A DNA stretch of 64,000 nucleotides from IMG/VR virus record IMGVR_UViG_3300046522_000748; one strand, written 5' to 3'. The position numbers and the translations under genes are program-made. Shown here piece by piece: positions 63,697-64,000 of this stretch. Each line of letters begins with the position of its first letter. The stretch's first letter is position 1. Origin of the DNA: a virus (Duplodnaviria; Heunggongvirae; Uroviricota; Caudoviricetes). The notes below the pieces were generated by a model that saw nothing but the letters and a program-made list of their open reading frames with translations, searched no databases and was not told the DNA's origin.

Positions 63697-64000
63697 TCAT
63701 GCCGCAGACGTTTGTTCAGCGTCGTGATTCTCTTTCGTTGCAAGCCTGATTTTAATGCAGCGCGATTCAATACATCCCGCTGAGATGAGTTGTATGAGAA
63801 CCCCAACGCCAAATACGAAAAACATCGGATTTTTATCCGCAACATACGCATACATATCTACACTCATGAACAATACTGCCTGAGCGAAAAAAAGCCAAAA
63901 TGTTACACGCTCTAGCTTCTGCGAAACATCAAATTTCTGGCCAGCGTTGATCAACTTTACTCCTACACAACTGGCCCACAATCCAAGAAGCAATAGAGCT
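63697..64000 (-). CDS. Membrane protein, probably 5'-truncated by the window edge
   Basis: Several hydrophobic segments. Confidence 0.6.
   Translation of the reverse strand, partial: ALLLLGLWASCVGVKLINAGQKFDVSQKLERVTFWLFFAQAVLFMSVDMYAYVADKNPMFFVFGVGVLIQLISAGCIESRCIKIRLATKENHDAEQTSAA

Noticed and set aside
1-64000. Definite call of plasmid versus jumbo phage
   Set aside because: No rep/par/tra or terminase/capsid genes in the window; the megaplasmid preference is only an inference.

Overview
A gene-dense window of about 110 mostly small ORFs, largely on the minus strand. It looks like the accessory or 'establishment/early' region of a very large Pseudomonas mobile element. A megaplasmid is more likely than a jumbo phage, but no replication, conjugation or virion genes lie in the window to settle this. 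Host clues are a Pseudomonas-type SSB and a PtrA-like 'AEGGGDR' microprotein. Recognisable products: SSB, HNH and GIY-YIG nucleases, a stand-alone NACHT NTPase, an XRE/HipB-like HTH, DUF2807 and DUF4419 proteins, two HAD_SAK-type phosphatases, an H-G-T ADP-ribosyltransferase/KptA-like protein, four paralogous HxD...H (2OG-Fe(II)-like) dioxygenases, a truncated NUDIX and two secreted Cys-repeat proteins. The strongest hidden structure is regulatory. About 35 near-consensus sigma70 promoters occur, and at least 22 carry the same palindrome GTCA-N7-TGAC overlapping the -35 box (17 perfect, 5 with one mismatch). This suggests a single-repressor regulon spanning the whole window. Other candidates for novelty: a ~250-nt highly structured RNA directly after a DIP1984-like coiled-coil gene, a two-micropeptide transcription unit, a promoter/terminator-bounded ~80-nt sRNA, a leader-peptide attenuator, a perfect 41-bp palindrome and phased repeat arrays. 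All family assignments come from motif recognition by eye, not from database searches.
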